Below are positions 22,413 through 31,562 of a stretch of DNA of 64,000 nt, one piece after another. The stretch is from Thermosipho sp. (in: thermotogales) (GTDB lineage: Bacteria; Thermotogota; Thermotogae; Thermotogales; Fervidobacteriaceae). The stretch's first letter is position 1, and each line of letters opens with the position of its first letter. The notes under the pieces were generated by a model, which did not search any database, was not told the DNA's origin, and saw only the letters and a program-made list of their open reading frames with translations. The position numbers were made by a program, and so were the translations under genes. The stretch covers positions 31,821 through 95,820 of the forward strand of contig JASKLO010000002.1 in assembly GCA_030153605.1 (NCBI GenBank). Direction: 5' to 3'.

Positions 22413-22715
22413 ATGTCAGGAATTTTTTTATTATCACTTGGAGTTTTAATAATTTTAGCAGTGTTTTTTTCTCTTTCAAGTTCTTTTTGGCTTTTTATTG
22501 GATTTTTTATTTCAGTTTTTGGAATTTTTAAAATGGTTAAATCATTCCCAAGTGGGATTGGAGCTTTAATTGTAGGAATAATAATTGTTATCACATCATT
22601 GGGTTTTGTCGATGTGAATTTTTGGGAATTTATTTTAGTCCTTTTAGGAGCAGGATTGATTGAAGGTGGATTACGAATCCTGTTCTTAAATGTTAGAAAT
22701 AATGATGAAATATAA
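22413..22715 (+). CDS. Hypothetical small membrane protein (3-4 TM helices)
   Basis: 100-aa hydrophobic ORF with the SD gaggtgg upstream. No motif was recognised. Confidence 0.5.
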   Translation: MSGIFLLSLGVLIILAVFFSLSSSFWLFIGFFISVFGIFKMVKSFPSGIGALIVGIIIVITSLGFVDVNFWEFILVLLGAGLIEGGLRILFLNVRNNDEI

Positions 22716-22762
22716 TATGTTATAATAGCTTAGGAATAAAATTATTAATCGGAGGTGAGCTA

Positions 22763-24823
22763 ATGTCAACTGTGGACAAAAAAAGAACACTTACTTTGAT
22801 TGGACATAACGGTTCTGGAAAAAGTTATTTGCTATCCGCCATGCTTTTTAATGCAGGCAAACTTGATAAGATTGGGAACAAAGATGTTGATTATGATCCA
22901 ATTGAAGTCGAGAAAGGTTCTAGTATTTCCTCTCACGTTGCAACTTTTGATTTTGATGGAATTCAATATACAGTAATTGATACCCCAGGTTTTAGTGATT
23001 TTGTTGGGGAAGTCATTAGTGCATTATTTGTTTCTGAAAATGTTGTTTCAATAGTCAATGCTACAGCAGGAGTTGAAATTCAGACAGAAAGAACATGGGC
23101 AATGGCCGAGGAACAAAAAAAGCCAATTATGGTTTTTGTAAACCAAATGGATAAAGAAAGAGCAAGTTTTGAAGAAACATTGTCAAGTTTAAAGGAACGA
23201 TTTGAAAGAAAATTTGTACCGATTTTCTATCCAATTGGTGAAGCAGAAAACTTTAAAGGAATTGTTGATGTATTTTCTGGTAAAGCATTTGTTTATGAAA
23301 ATGGTAAACCAAAACAAGTAGATATACCTGATGAATTAAAATCAAAAGTCGAAGAATTGAAATCTTCAATGATAGAAGATATTGTTTCACTTGATGAAGA
23401 ATTAATGGAAAGATATTTTGCCGATGAAGAAATTTCTGCAGAAGAGCTTTTAAAAACCTTAAAAGTAGGGTATAAATCTGGTGAAATTGTGCCTGTTTTT
23501 TGTGGGTCAGCTGAGAAAAATATTGGAATTGATCTTTTCTTAAAAACAGTAAGAATATTGGGAGTAAATCCTTCAGAGGGACTTCCATACAAGGCAGTAT
23601 TAGAGTCAGGAGATGAAGTAGAAGTAAATCCAGTTGAAGATGAACCAGTTGTTGGTTATACTTTTAAAGCAATTGTTGACCAATTTGTAGGTAAATTAAG
23701 TTTTATTAAAATAATTTGTGGAAAAGTTTCAGCTGGGGATACATTAGTAAATGTAAACAAAGGAACTACTGAAAAAATTGGTCACATTTATTTTGCTAAT
23801 TTAAAAAATACTTTTGAAGTGCCGGAAGCATCTTGTGGAGATATTATTGTTGTACCAAAGTTAAAAGAAAGTTCTGTAGGAGACACCATGACTCACAAAG
23901 ATAGAAAGTTAAAAATAGTTCCACCTGCTTTCCCTGAACCAATGATTTCTAAGAGTATTACTCCAAAATCTAAATCTGATATAGATAAAATTAGTAACGG
24001 TCTTGCAAGATTAGCTGATTCTGATCCAACATTCCAGTGGGAATTTGATCCTGAAACAGCAGAAACGGTGATTTCTGGTATTGGAAGTATTCATCTTGAA
24101 GCAATGGTTGAAAAGTTAAAAAATATTTTTGGTGTTGATGTTGAAGTTGGAAAACCAAAAATAGCATATAGAGAAACTATTACTTCAAAAGCTATTGGAG
24201 AACACAAACATAAGAAGCAAACTGGTGGACATGGGCAATATGGACACGTAAAGATAGAAATTGAGCCTTTGGAAAGAGGAAAAGGTTTCGAATTTGTAGA
24301 TAAAATAGTTGGAGGAGTTATTCCAAGAAACTTTATTCCATCAGTTGAAAAGGGAATTAGAGAAGCAATGAAGAAAGGTTCACTTGCAGGATTTCCAGTT
24401 GTAGATGTTAGAGTAACATTATTTGATGGTTCTTATCACGAAGTAGACTCATCAGATATTTCATTCCAAATTGCTGCAATTCAAGCATTTAGGAAAGCTT
24501 TTGAGCAAGCAAGACCAGTAATATTAGAACCAATTATGGAAGTCGAAGTTTTTGTACCAGATGACAATGCAGGTGATGTAATGGGAGAAATCAGTTCAAG
24601 AAGAGGTAGACCACTTGGAATGGAACCAGCTGGCAAAGGAACTACAAAGGTCATGGCAGAAGTTCCACTTGCTGAAATGCTTGATTTTTCTGGAAGGTTG
24701 TCTTCTATAACAAGTGGTAGAGGTTACTTCACTATGAAATTCTTAAGATATGATATTGTTCCACCTAATGTCCAAGAAAAGATAATTCAAGAAAGAAAAA
24801 GAGAACTAGAAGAGCAAGAATAA
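22763..24823 (+). CDS. Elongation factor G paralogue (EF-G-2-like translational GTPase)
   Basis: Five-domain EF-G architecture: G domain GHNGSGKS...DTPGFSDF...NQMD, then KKQTGGHGQYGHV, GSYHEVDSSDISFQIAA and VPLAEMLDF. The P-loop and switch II deviate from canonical EF-G. Confidence 0.9.
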   Translation: MSTVDKKRTLTLIGHNGSGKSYLLSAMLFNAGKLDKIGNKDVDYDPIEVEKGSSISSHVATFDFDGIQYTVIDTPGFSDFVGEVISALFVSENVVSIVNATAGVEIQTERTWAMAEEQKKPIMVFVNQMDKERASFEETLSSLKERFERKFVPIFYPIGEAENFKGIVDVFSGKAFVYENGKPKQVDIPDELKSKVEELKSSMIEDIVSLDEELMERYFADEEISAEELLKTLKVGYKSGEIVPVFCGSAEKNIGIDLFLKTVRILGVNPSEGLPYKAVLESGDEVEVNPVEDEPVVGYTFKAIVDQFVGKLSFIKIICGKVSAGDTLVNVNKGTTEKIGHIYFANLKNTFEVPEASCGDIIVVPKLKESSVGDTMTHKDRKLKIVPPAFPEPMISKSITPKSKSDIDKISNGLARLADSDPTFQWEFDPETAETVISGIGSIHLEAMVEKLKNIFGVDVEVGKPKIAYRETITSKAIGEHKHKKQTGGHGQYGHVKIEIEPLERGKGFEFVDKIVGGVIPRNFIPSVEKGIREAMKKGSLAGFPVVDVRVTLFDGSYHEVDSSDISFQIAAIQAFRKAFEQARPVILEPIMEVEVFVPDDNAGDVMGEISSRRGRPLGMEPAGKGTTKVMAEVPLAEMLDFSGRLSSITSGRGYFTMKFLRYDIVPPNVQEKIIQERKRELEEQE

Positions 24824-24847
24824 TAAATAATACTAAAATTCAAAAAG

Positions 24848-24878
24848 AAAGCGCCCTAAAAACTTGGGGCGCTTTTTT
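24848..24878 (+). terminator. Intrinsic terminator after the EF-G paralogue
   Basis: Hairpin gcgccc-taaaaacttg-gggcgc followed by T6. Confidence 0.8.
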
Positions 24879-24949
24879 AATTAAAGGATATTAAGGAAAA
24901 TCATCAAAAACAACATCTAATAAGTGTAAAAGAATAATCAAGTTGCTAT

Positions 24950-24978
24950 TTGACAATACTGAAATTTAGAAGTAAAAT
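24950..24978 (+). promoter_or_regulatory. Sigma-70-type promoter (TTGACA-17 nt-TAAAAT)
   Basis: An exact -35 TTGACA lies at 24950-24955, followed by a 17-nt spacer and a -10 TAAAAT at 24973-24978. Confidence 0.6.
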
Positions 24979-25000
24979 ATGCACGTAAGGGGGGAAGAGA

Positions 25001-25069
25001 ATGAAAAAAAATAGATTGTTAAATTTAAATAGTACTTTATTTCTCTTTCTTTTTGAAAGGAAAATTTAA
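25001..25069 (+). CDS. Candidate 22-codon leader sORF (MKKNRLLNLNSTLFLFLFERKI)
   Basis: An ATG is preceded by the G-rich SD aaggggggaagaga. The stop codon lies 3 nt before a perfect 12-bp terminator stem. It is below the size cut-off of the ORF track. Confidence 0.35.
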   Translation: MKKNRLLNLNSTLFLFLFERKI

Positions 25070-25072
25070 CAT

Positions 25073-25108
25073 AAAGAGAGAAGTCTAAACTTCTCTCTTT
25101 TTATTTTT
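25073..25108 (+). terminator. Intrinsic terminator / putative attenuator in the leader of the purine operon
   Basis: Perfect 12-bp stem aaagagagaagt-ctaa-acttctctcttt followed by a T-rich tract. The FAD-enzyme gene starts 29 nt later. Confidence 0.75.
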
Positions 25109-25136
25109 ATATAAATAAAAATGGGGGGAATTAGAA

Positions 25137-26411
25137 ATGAAAATTGGTGTAGTTGGATTTGGAGCAGCTAGTGTGGGATTTTTAAAAGAAATAGAAAATG
25201 AAGATGTTACAGTATATGAAGCAAACAAAGATGTATTTTCATCATCTATTAGTGGAATCAGAGCTGATGGAAAATTATTTGTCTCTTCTGAAATGGGAGG
25301 AGATTTAGAAGAGATTCTTTTGAATTCGGAGTTGCAAAAGGATATAGTAGATTTTTATTGTAAAGTCGCTGATACAATTCCTGAAACTGGTACTCAGGAA
25401 ATTAACTTGGATATGAAAAAAGATTTTCACAGGTTTGGGTTTAAACTTGTTGAATCCAAATTTTATCATTTAGGAACTGAAAAATTGAAATATTTTTTGC
25501 AAAGAATTTATGAAATATTCCTGAATAAGGGAATTAATTTTGTTTTTGGTGCACGTGTAATAGATATTGAACTAGATCACAACATTGTCAAGGTTAAATA
25601 TATAAAAGATGGGACAGAATATATTGAAGAATTTGACAGAGTATATATAGCAGTTGGAAGAAGTGGATTGAAATTAATTGATATAATTAGTGAGAAATAT
25701 CCTGAATTTGTAATTAAGAATAATACAGTGGATTTAGGAATAAGGTATGAACTTCCAGATTTTGTAGTTCAACATTTAAATGAAATGCTATATGAATTTA
25801 AAATAAAGTATCAAGCATCAAATGGTCTTTTAGTTAGAACATTTTGCAATAATCCCTCTGGATATGTTGTAACTGAAAAATACCCGAATTTTGTCACAGT
25901 AAACGGTCATTCGTTTCAATCTAAAAAATCTGAGAATACAAATTTTGCAATTCTTGTTACTCATACTTTTACAAAACCTTTTAATGATCCAAATGGGTAT
26001 GGAGAATACATTGTTCGTTTAGCAAATATTCTTGCAGGAGGAAGAAGAGTTATATTACAAACTTATGGAGATTTCAAAGTAGGCAAAAGAACTAAAAGAT
26101 TATGGAATGTACTTCCAACTTTAAATTCAGATGAATATATTCTAGGAGATTTGAATCTTGTTTTACCACACAAAACTGTAAAAGCAATTACTGAGTTTTT
26201 GGAACAATTGGAAAATGTAATTCCCGGTATTTCAAATAATTCCCATCTTTTATATGGTATTGAAGTTAAATTTTATAGTAAAAAAATGAACAATAATTTA
26301 GTACCAAACTTAAAATTCATTGGAGATTGTTCTGGTCATACGCGAAGTATAGTGCACGCAACAGCTCATGGATTACTTGAATATATGAAATTAAAACAAG
26401 AAATACAATAA
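25137..26411 (+). CDS. Uncharacterised FAD-dependent dehydrogenase (COG2509-like)
   Basis: N-terminal dinucleotide-binding motif KIGVVGFGAASVG is present. The central RTFCNNPSGYVVTEKYPNFVTVNGHS resembles the FCMCPGG...NG.S signature of this uncharacterised family. Confidence 0.6.
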   Translation: MKIGVVGFGAASVGFLKEIENEDVTVYEANKDVFSSSISGIRADGKLFVSSEMGGDLEEILLNSELQKDIVDFYCKVADTIPETGTQEINLDMKKDFHRFGFKLVESKFYHLGTEKLKYFLQRIYEIFLNKGINFVFGARVIDIELDHNIVKVKYIKDGTEYIEEFDRVYIAVGRSGLKLIDIISEKYPEFVIKNNTVDLGIRYELPDFVVQHLNEMLYEFKIKYQASNGLLVRTFCNNPSGYVVTEKYPNFVTVNGHSFQSKKSENTNFAILVTHTFTKPFNDPNGYGEYIVRLANILAGGRRVILQTYGDFKVGKRTKRLWNVLPTLNSDEYILGDLNLVLPHKTVKAITEFLEQLENVIPGISNNSHLLYGIEVKFYSKKMNNNLVPNLKFIGDCSGHTRSIVHATAHGLLEYMKLKQEIQ

Positions 26412-26431
26412 TTTCAATTAGGAGGGAATAT

Positions 26432-27628
26432 ATGAAAGATGTAATTGTTGGCCTTCAATGGGGTGATGAAGGTAAAGGTAAAGTTGTTGCCTTTTTTTCA
26501 CAGTTTTATGATGCAGTCGTTAGATACAGTGGTGGTAGTAACGCAGGGCATACTATAGAGTATAATGATGAAATAAAAATTGTAAATCATCTTTTACCAT
26601 CTTTTTATATAAAAAAATCAATAGAACTAATTATTTCAGCAGGAGTTGTTGTTGATTTGGAAATACTTTATAATGAAATTGAAAATTTAAAAAACAAAAT
26701 AGAAATTCTACCTGAAATTAAAATTTCTAATTTATCTCATATTGTTTTACCAGTACACAAAAAGTTAGATGAAAAATATGATTCTGTAAATAAAATTGGA
26801 ACAACAAAAAGAGGAATTGGACCTGCTTTTGCCGACAGAGTTAATAGGTTAGGAATTAGAATAAAAGATTTAGAAAATGAGAAAAAATTGCAAAAGAAAG
26901 TTGAAAGAATATCAGCGATATATGAGAAGATATTTGGAATAACTTTTGATTTTAATGATCTTAAAAAATTTTATAATTATCTTAAACCATACATAACAAG
27001 TCAGCTTGAAATTATAGAAGATATTAAAAATAAAAAAGTTCTGTTTGAAGGGACCCAAGCTGTTTTATTAGACCTAGATATGGGAACATACCCATATGTC
27101 ACGGGTTCTAATTGTAGTACTAGTGGGGTACATAGTGGAATTGGCTTCCCGGTTAAATTAGATAATTTGTTAGGTGTGTTTAAGGCATATTTAACAAGAG
27201 TAGGTAATGGACCATTTCCAACTGAGTTGACTGGCGAAGAAGCAGAATTGTTAAGAAATAAAGGCAAAGAATTTGGTGCAACTACAGGTAGACCAAGAAG
27301 AGTAGGATGGTTAGATTTAGTTTTATTGAAATATGCAATATCAGTTTCGGGGGTTAATGAAATGATAATGACAAAAGGTGATATACTCAATGGTTTAGAG
27401 AAAATTCCAGTGTGTATTGGATATAAAATTAATGGAAAGTTTGTAGATAAAATTTTAGATATTGAGGAAATAGAAGAAGCTGAGCCAATTTATACCTATT
27501 TAGATGGTTGGCATGATGTTAAAGATTATACCTTTAAAAAATATATTGCGTTTATAGAAGATTTTGTAGGAGTAAAAATAAAAGGATTTTCTTTTGGTCC
27601 AAAAGTAGATCAAATAAAGATTTTTTAA
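26432..27628 (+). CDS. purA: Adenylosuccinate synthase
   Basis: GLQWGDEGKGKVV, GTTKRGIGPAF and GATTGRPRRVGW are present. Confidence 0.95.
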   Translation: MKDVIVGLQWGDEGKGKVVAFFSQFYDAVVRYSGGSNAGHTIEYNDEIKIVNHLLPSFYIKKSIELIISAGVVVDLEILYNEIENLKNKIEILPEIKISNLSHIVLPVHKKLDEKYDSVNKIGTTKRGIGPAFADRVNRLGIRIKDLENEKKLQKKVERISAIYEKIFGITFDFNDLKKFYNYLKPYITSQLEIIEDIKNKKVLFEGTQAVLLDLDMGTYPYVTGSNCSTSGVHSGIGFPVKLDNLLGVFKAYLTRVGNGPFPTELTGEEAELLRNKGKEFGATTGRPRRVGWLDLVLLKYAISVSGVNEMIMTKGDILNGLEKIPVCIGYKINGKFVDKILDIEEIEEAEPIYTYLDGWHDVKDYTFKKYIAFIEDFVGVKIKGFSFGPKVDQIKIF

Positions 27629-27648
27629 AGTGGAGGTGTTTTAGATTA

Positions 27649-29205
27649 ATGATTCCAAATAAAATAGTTGTAGTAATTGATTTTGGTTCTCAATACACTC
27701 AATTGATAGTAAGAAGAATTAGAGAGTCAGGATATTATGCAGAACTTTTACCATGGGATGTTTCAAAAGAGGAAGTTATAAATTTAAATCCTGGTGCAAT
27801 AATTTTGTCTGGTGGACCTTCGAGTGTATATGAAAGACACGCACCCTTTGTTCAGGATTATTTTTTTGAGTTGAATGTTCCTATTTTGGGGATCTGTTAC
27901 GGTTTACAGACTTTAGTTGACAAGTTGGGTGGAAGAGTTGAAAAATCTTCAAAAAGAGAGTTTGGAAGATCTACTTTAAATTTAATTGAAAAGAATGATC
28001 CTATATTTAAAGGTATTCAGGAAAAAATTGAAGTATGGATGAGCCATTCAGATAGAGTTGAAGAATTACCTCAAGGATTTTACGTGATTGCTCAGAGTGA
28101 GAATTCACCATTTGCTGTTGTAAGAAACAAAGAAGGGAATATATATGGAGTTCAATTTCATCCAGAAGTTTCACATACTCAATATGGAACGAAGATTTTA
28201 TCAAATTTTATTGAACATATTGCTAAGCTTGATAAAAATTGGGAAATGAAGGATTTTATCCGAGAGAAAATTGAAGAAATAAGAAATACTGTGGGAAAAG
28301 GAAAAGTGATTTTAGGATTGTCTGGGGGTGTTGATTCTTCAGTATTAGCTGTTTTAATAAAAAAGGCTATCGGTGATAATTTACTACCTATTTTTGTTGA
28401 CACAGGGCTTTTAAGATTAAATGAAAAAGAAGAGGTAATTAAAAATTTTGAAAACTTAAATATTGACATTATAGTTGTAGATGCAAAAGAAGAATTTTTT
28501 AATGCTTTGAAAGGCATAGAAGATCCAGAAGAAAAAAGAAAAGTTATCGGGCATGTTTTTATAGATGTTTTTGAAAAAGAAGCGAAGAATTTATCAAAAA
28601 AATATGGAGAAATAGAATTTTTAGCACAGGGAACTTTGTATCCTGACATAATAGAAAGTAAAGTCAGCGAAAGAAAATCTGCTTCAAAAATTAAAACCCA
28701 TCACAATGTCGGAGGTTTACCAGAAAGTTTAGATTTTAAAATTATAGAACCATTTAGATATCTTTTTAAGGACGAAGTTAGGAAAATTGGTGAAATTTTA
28801 GGAATTCCATATGAAATTTTAAACAGGCATCCATTCCCAGGTCCTGGACTTGCAGTAAGAATTATTGGAGAAGTTACGAAAGAATCAGTAAATAAATTAC
28901 AATTAGCTGATCATATATTTATTGAAGAATTGAAAAAGAATAACTTATATGATAGTACCTGGCAGGCATTTGCAGTTCTATTGCCAATTAAAACAGTTGG
29001 TGTAAAAGGCGATTTTAGAACATATGAAAATGTAATAGCTTTGCGAGCTGTCAATAGCGAGGATGGAATGACTGCTGACTGGTCAAAATTACCCTATGAA
29101 TTCTTGAATCATGTTGCAAAAAGAATTGTAAATGAAGTAGATGGAATAAATAGAGTGGTTTATGACATTACTTCAAAACCTCCAGCCACAATTGAATGGG
29201 AATGA
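27649..29205 (+). CDS. guaA: GMP synthase (glutamine-hydrolysing)
   Basis: GATase CYGLQ and FHPEV, ATP-PPase SGGVDSS, and the C-terminal PPATIEWE are present. Confidence 0.97.
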   Translation: MIPNKIVVVIDFGSQYTQLIVRRIRESGYYAELLPWDVSKEEVINLNPGAIILSGGPSSVYERHAPFVQDYFFELNVPILGICYGLQTLVDKLGGRVEKSSKREFGRSTLNLIEKNDPIFKGIQEKIEVWMSHSDRVEELPQGFYVIAQSENSPFAVVRNKEGNIYGVQFHPEVSHTQYGTKILSNFIEHIAKLDKNWEMKDFIREKIEEIRNTVGKGKVILGLSGGVDSSVLAVLIKKAIGDNLLPIFVDTGLLRLNEKEEVIKNFENLNIDIIVVDAKEEFFNALKGIEDPEEKRKVIGHVFIDVFEKEAKNLSKKYGEIEFLAQGTLYPDIIESKVSERKSASKIKTHHNVGGLPESLDFKIIEPFRYLFKDEVRKIGEILGIPYEILNRHPFPGPGLAVRIIGEVTKESVNKLQLADHIFIEELKKNNLYDSTWQAFAVLLPIKTVGVKGDFRTYENVIALRAVNSEDGMTADWSKLPYEFLNHVAKRIVNEVDGINRVVYDITSKPPATIEWE

Positions 29206-29216
29206 GAGGTGAAGAT

Positions 29217-30503
29217 ATGGTTGAAAGATATGCTCTGGAACCAATAAAAAGTCTATGGACTTTAGAAAGTCAATACAAAAGATGGTTAGAAGTAGAGTTG
29301 GCAGTAATAAAGGCATACGAAGAATTAAATAAAATTCCAAAAGGAACTTATGAAAAAATTAAACGTAATGTTTATTTTAATGTAGAAGAAATTTTAGATG
29401 TAGAAAAAGAAGTGGAACATGATGTTATTGCTTTTATTAAAGTCGTAACATCAAAAATGAAAGACGAAGCCAAATATTTTCATTATGGTTTGACTTCATC
29501 TGATGTTGTTGATACTGCAAATATGCTGGCATTAATTCGTGCCGTTGATTACATAAAAAAAGAATTGATAGCTTTGAGTAAAATTTTATACAAAAAAGCA
29601 AACGATTATAAATACCTCCCAACGATTGGTAGAACTCATGGTGTCCATGCAGAACCTACGTCTTTTGGATTAAAGTTTCTTCTTTGGTTTGATGAAACTA
29701 CAAGAAATATAGAAAGGCTTGAAAAAGTAAGACAAGAGATTTCAGTTGGAAAGTTATCTGGTGCAGTTGGAAATTATGCGAATATTGATCCTGAGGTAGA
29801 AAGATTGGCTCTTTCCTACCTTTCTTTAAAACCAGTTCCCATAGCTTCACAGGTAATTCCTCGTGACTACCATGCTCATTTAATAGAAATTTTTGGTTTA
29901 ATTTCAGCTGGAATAGAAAAAATGGCTTTAGAAATTAGACATTTACAAAGAACAGAAGTTTCTGAGGTTCAAGAACCTTTTAAGAAACATCAAAGAGGTT
30001 CATCAGCAATGCCGCACAAGAAAAATCCTATACTCTGTGAAAGATTGACAGGACTTTCAAGAATTGTTAGAAACTATATTAACATTGCTCTTGAAAACAT
30101 AGTTTTATGGCACGAAAGAGATATATCACATTCATCTGCAGAAAGATTTATGTTTCCTGAGATTACCATGACACTTTATTATATGGTTAAAAAATCTCAG
30201 TATTTGATAGAAAATTTAGTTATATTTGAAGAAAATATTAAAAAAAATTTGGAATTAACTAATGGTTTAATTTATTCACAAAGAGTTTTACATGCTTTAA
30301 TAGATAAAGGATTTTCTAGAGAAGATGCATATATGCAAATTCAGAAAATTGCTTTAGAATGTTGGGAGAAAAAAATATCATTTAAAAATCAAATAAAAAT
30401 TCAGTTTAAAGATTTATTTTCAGAAAAAGAAATAGAGGAGCTATTTAGCCCCTCTTATTATTTGAGAAATATAGATAAAATTTATGAAAGATTTGAAAAG
30501 TAA
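29217..30503 (+). CDS. purB: Adenylosuccinate lyase
   Basis: The fumarate-lyase signature SSAMPHKKNP and the MVERYALEP N-terminus are present. ATG 29217 has the SD gaggtga; the track ORF starts at 29196. Confidence 0.95.
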   Translation: MVERYALEPIKSLWTLESQYKRWLEVELAVIKAYEELNKIPKGTYEKIKRNVYFNVEEILDVEKEVEHDVIAFIKVVTSKMKDEAKYFHYGLTSSDVVDTANMLALIRAVDYIKKELIALSKILYKKANDYKYLPTIGRTHGVHAEPTSFGLKFLLWFDETTRNIERLEKVRQEISVGKLSGAVGNYANIDPEVERLALSYLSLKPVPIASQVIPRDYHAHLIEIFGLISAGIEKMALEIRHLQRTEVSEVQEPFKKHQRGSSAMPHKKNPILCERLTGLSRIVRNYINIALENIVLWHERDISHSSAERFMFPEITMTLYYMVKKSQYLIENLVIFEENIKKNLELTNGLIYSQRVLHALIDKGFSREDAYMQIQKIALECWEKKISFKNQIKIQFKDLFSEKEIEELFSPSYYLRNIDKIYERFEK

Positions 30504-31562
30504 TTAATCATTGAAACTAATTTTTTCAATAATCTTATCGCAAAGTTCTCCTTTATACCCCTTTTCATTTGAAAGTTCACTCAAAAGTCTAACAAGACTG
30601 AAAAAACTATCTTTTGGAACAATTTTAGATAAGTTTAAAAGATTTTGTGATATTTTGTCTATATCTTTAATCATATTTTTGGAATCTTCTTCGCTTAAAT
30701 TTGAAAAGAAGTCAATGATCCTTATGATAATTGAATTTATTTCATGAATTTCCAGATCTCTAGGAATTAACCCTTCAAAGATAATATCTCTAGCATTAGG
30801 AATGTTATAAAAAGCATTTTCAGTAAATACTTTCGCGGCTTCTGAACCTAATATTCCAGAAGCAAGCTGATAACCAAATTTTCTTTTGTCTTCTTCAGAT
30901 AAATTTTTAAGTACATTTCCCAATTTATACCAACTTCGAGGACTAGGCTTTATATTTGCTTTTAAAGAAACAGATGAACCCGGATGTAAAAATTCTGGAT
31001 TTTTCATTACGAATTTTTTTATTTCATCAGGTAATTTCATTTTATCTGCCCATTGGAGCCATTCTTCAACAGTTGGAGAGATTTCTAATATAAAAAACCT
31101 GGAAAGAAAAGCGGGATCTGTTATTAAATCAACCTGGTCGTAATCTTCGTCTGGGGGATTCATAGAAGCAACTAGCCATGTGTTTTTTGGCAAAACATGG
31201 TTATGTATCCTTTTATCAATTAAAAGTTGCATAATTGCATTTCTTATACTTCTATGAGAACGATTCACTTCATCTAGAAAAATAATATAATTTTCTTCGT
31301 CAGGCCACCAATCAGGTGCTAAAAATACCGTTTTATTATTTTCCCTAGAAGGGAGACCGATTAAATCTCCTGGTTCCATCTGAGATAAAACTAAAATTAC
31401 TAACTTTCTATTAGTTTCTTCTGCTATCTCACGAACTAAATCGGTTTTTCCCACTCCGAAGTGCCCAACTAAAAGGGGGACTTCACCACTTTCCATGATT
31501 TTTCGTGCAAGGTATTTGGCTTCATGTAATGTCAAATTCAGCACCTCCAAAATTTTTGACAA
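30504..31562 (-). CDS. AAA+ ATPase (AAA_5 / MoxR-like core) with an uncharacterised C-terminal domain
   Basis: Walker A GHFGVGKT and Walker B IIFLDEVNR are present, followed by about 170 aa with no recognised motif. The likely start is TTG at 31535, behind the SD ggaggtg. It overlaps the scpB 3' end. Confidence 0.75.
   Translation of the reverse strand: MSKILEVLNLTLHEAKYLARKIMESGEVPLLVGHFGVGKTDLVREIAEETNRKLVILVLSQMEPGDLIGLPSRENNKTVFLAPDWWPDEENYIIFLDEVNRSHRSIRNAIMQLLIDKRIHNHVLPKNTWLVASMNPPDEDYDQVDLITDPAFLSRFFILEISPTVEEWLQWADKMKLPDEIKKFVMKNPEFLHPGSSVSLKANIKPSPRSWYKLGNVLKNLSEEDKRKFGYQLASGILGSEAAKVFTENAFYNIPNARDIIFEGLIPRDLEIHEINSIIIRIIDFFSNLSEEDSKNMIKDIDKISQNLLNLSKIVPKDSFFSLVRLLSELSNEKGYKGELCDKIIEKISFND

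Noticed and set aside
24879-25136. Purine, ZTP or PRPP riboswitch upstream of the purA-guaA-purB operon.
   Set aside because: The leader is AT-rich. It lacks the conserved cores I know for these classes: no purine three-way-junction motifs and no GGGUCGUGACUGGCG/CCGCCUGGGC-type ZTP motifs. The leader-ORF/terminator reading fits better. An Rfam cmscan would confirm.
30504-31562. McrB-like restriction or defence ATPase.
   Set aside because: There is no McrC-like nuclease partner and no N-terminal DNA-binding domain. The Walker motifs are of AAA_5/MoxR type, and the gene is embedded in a housekeeping scpAB operon rather than a defence island.
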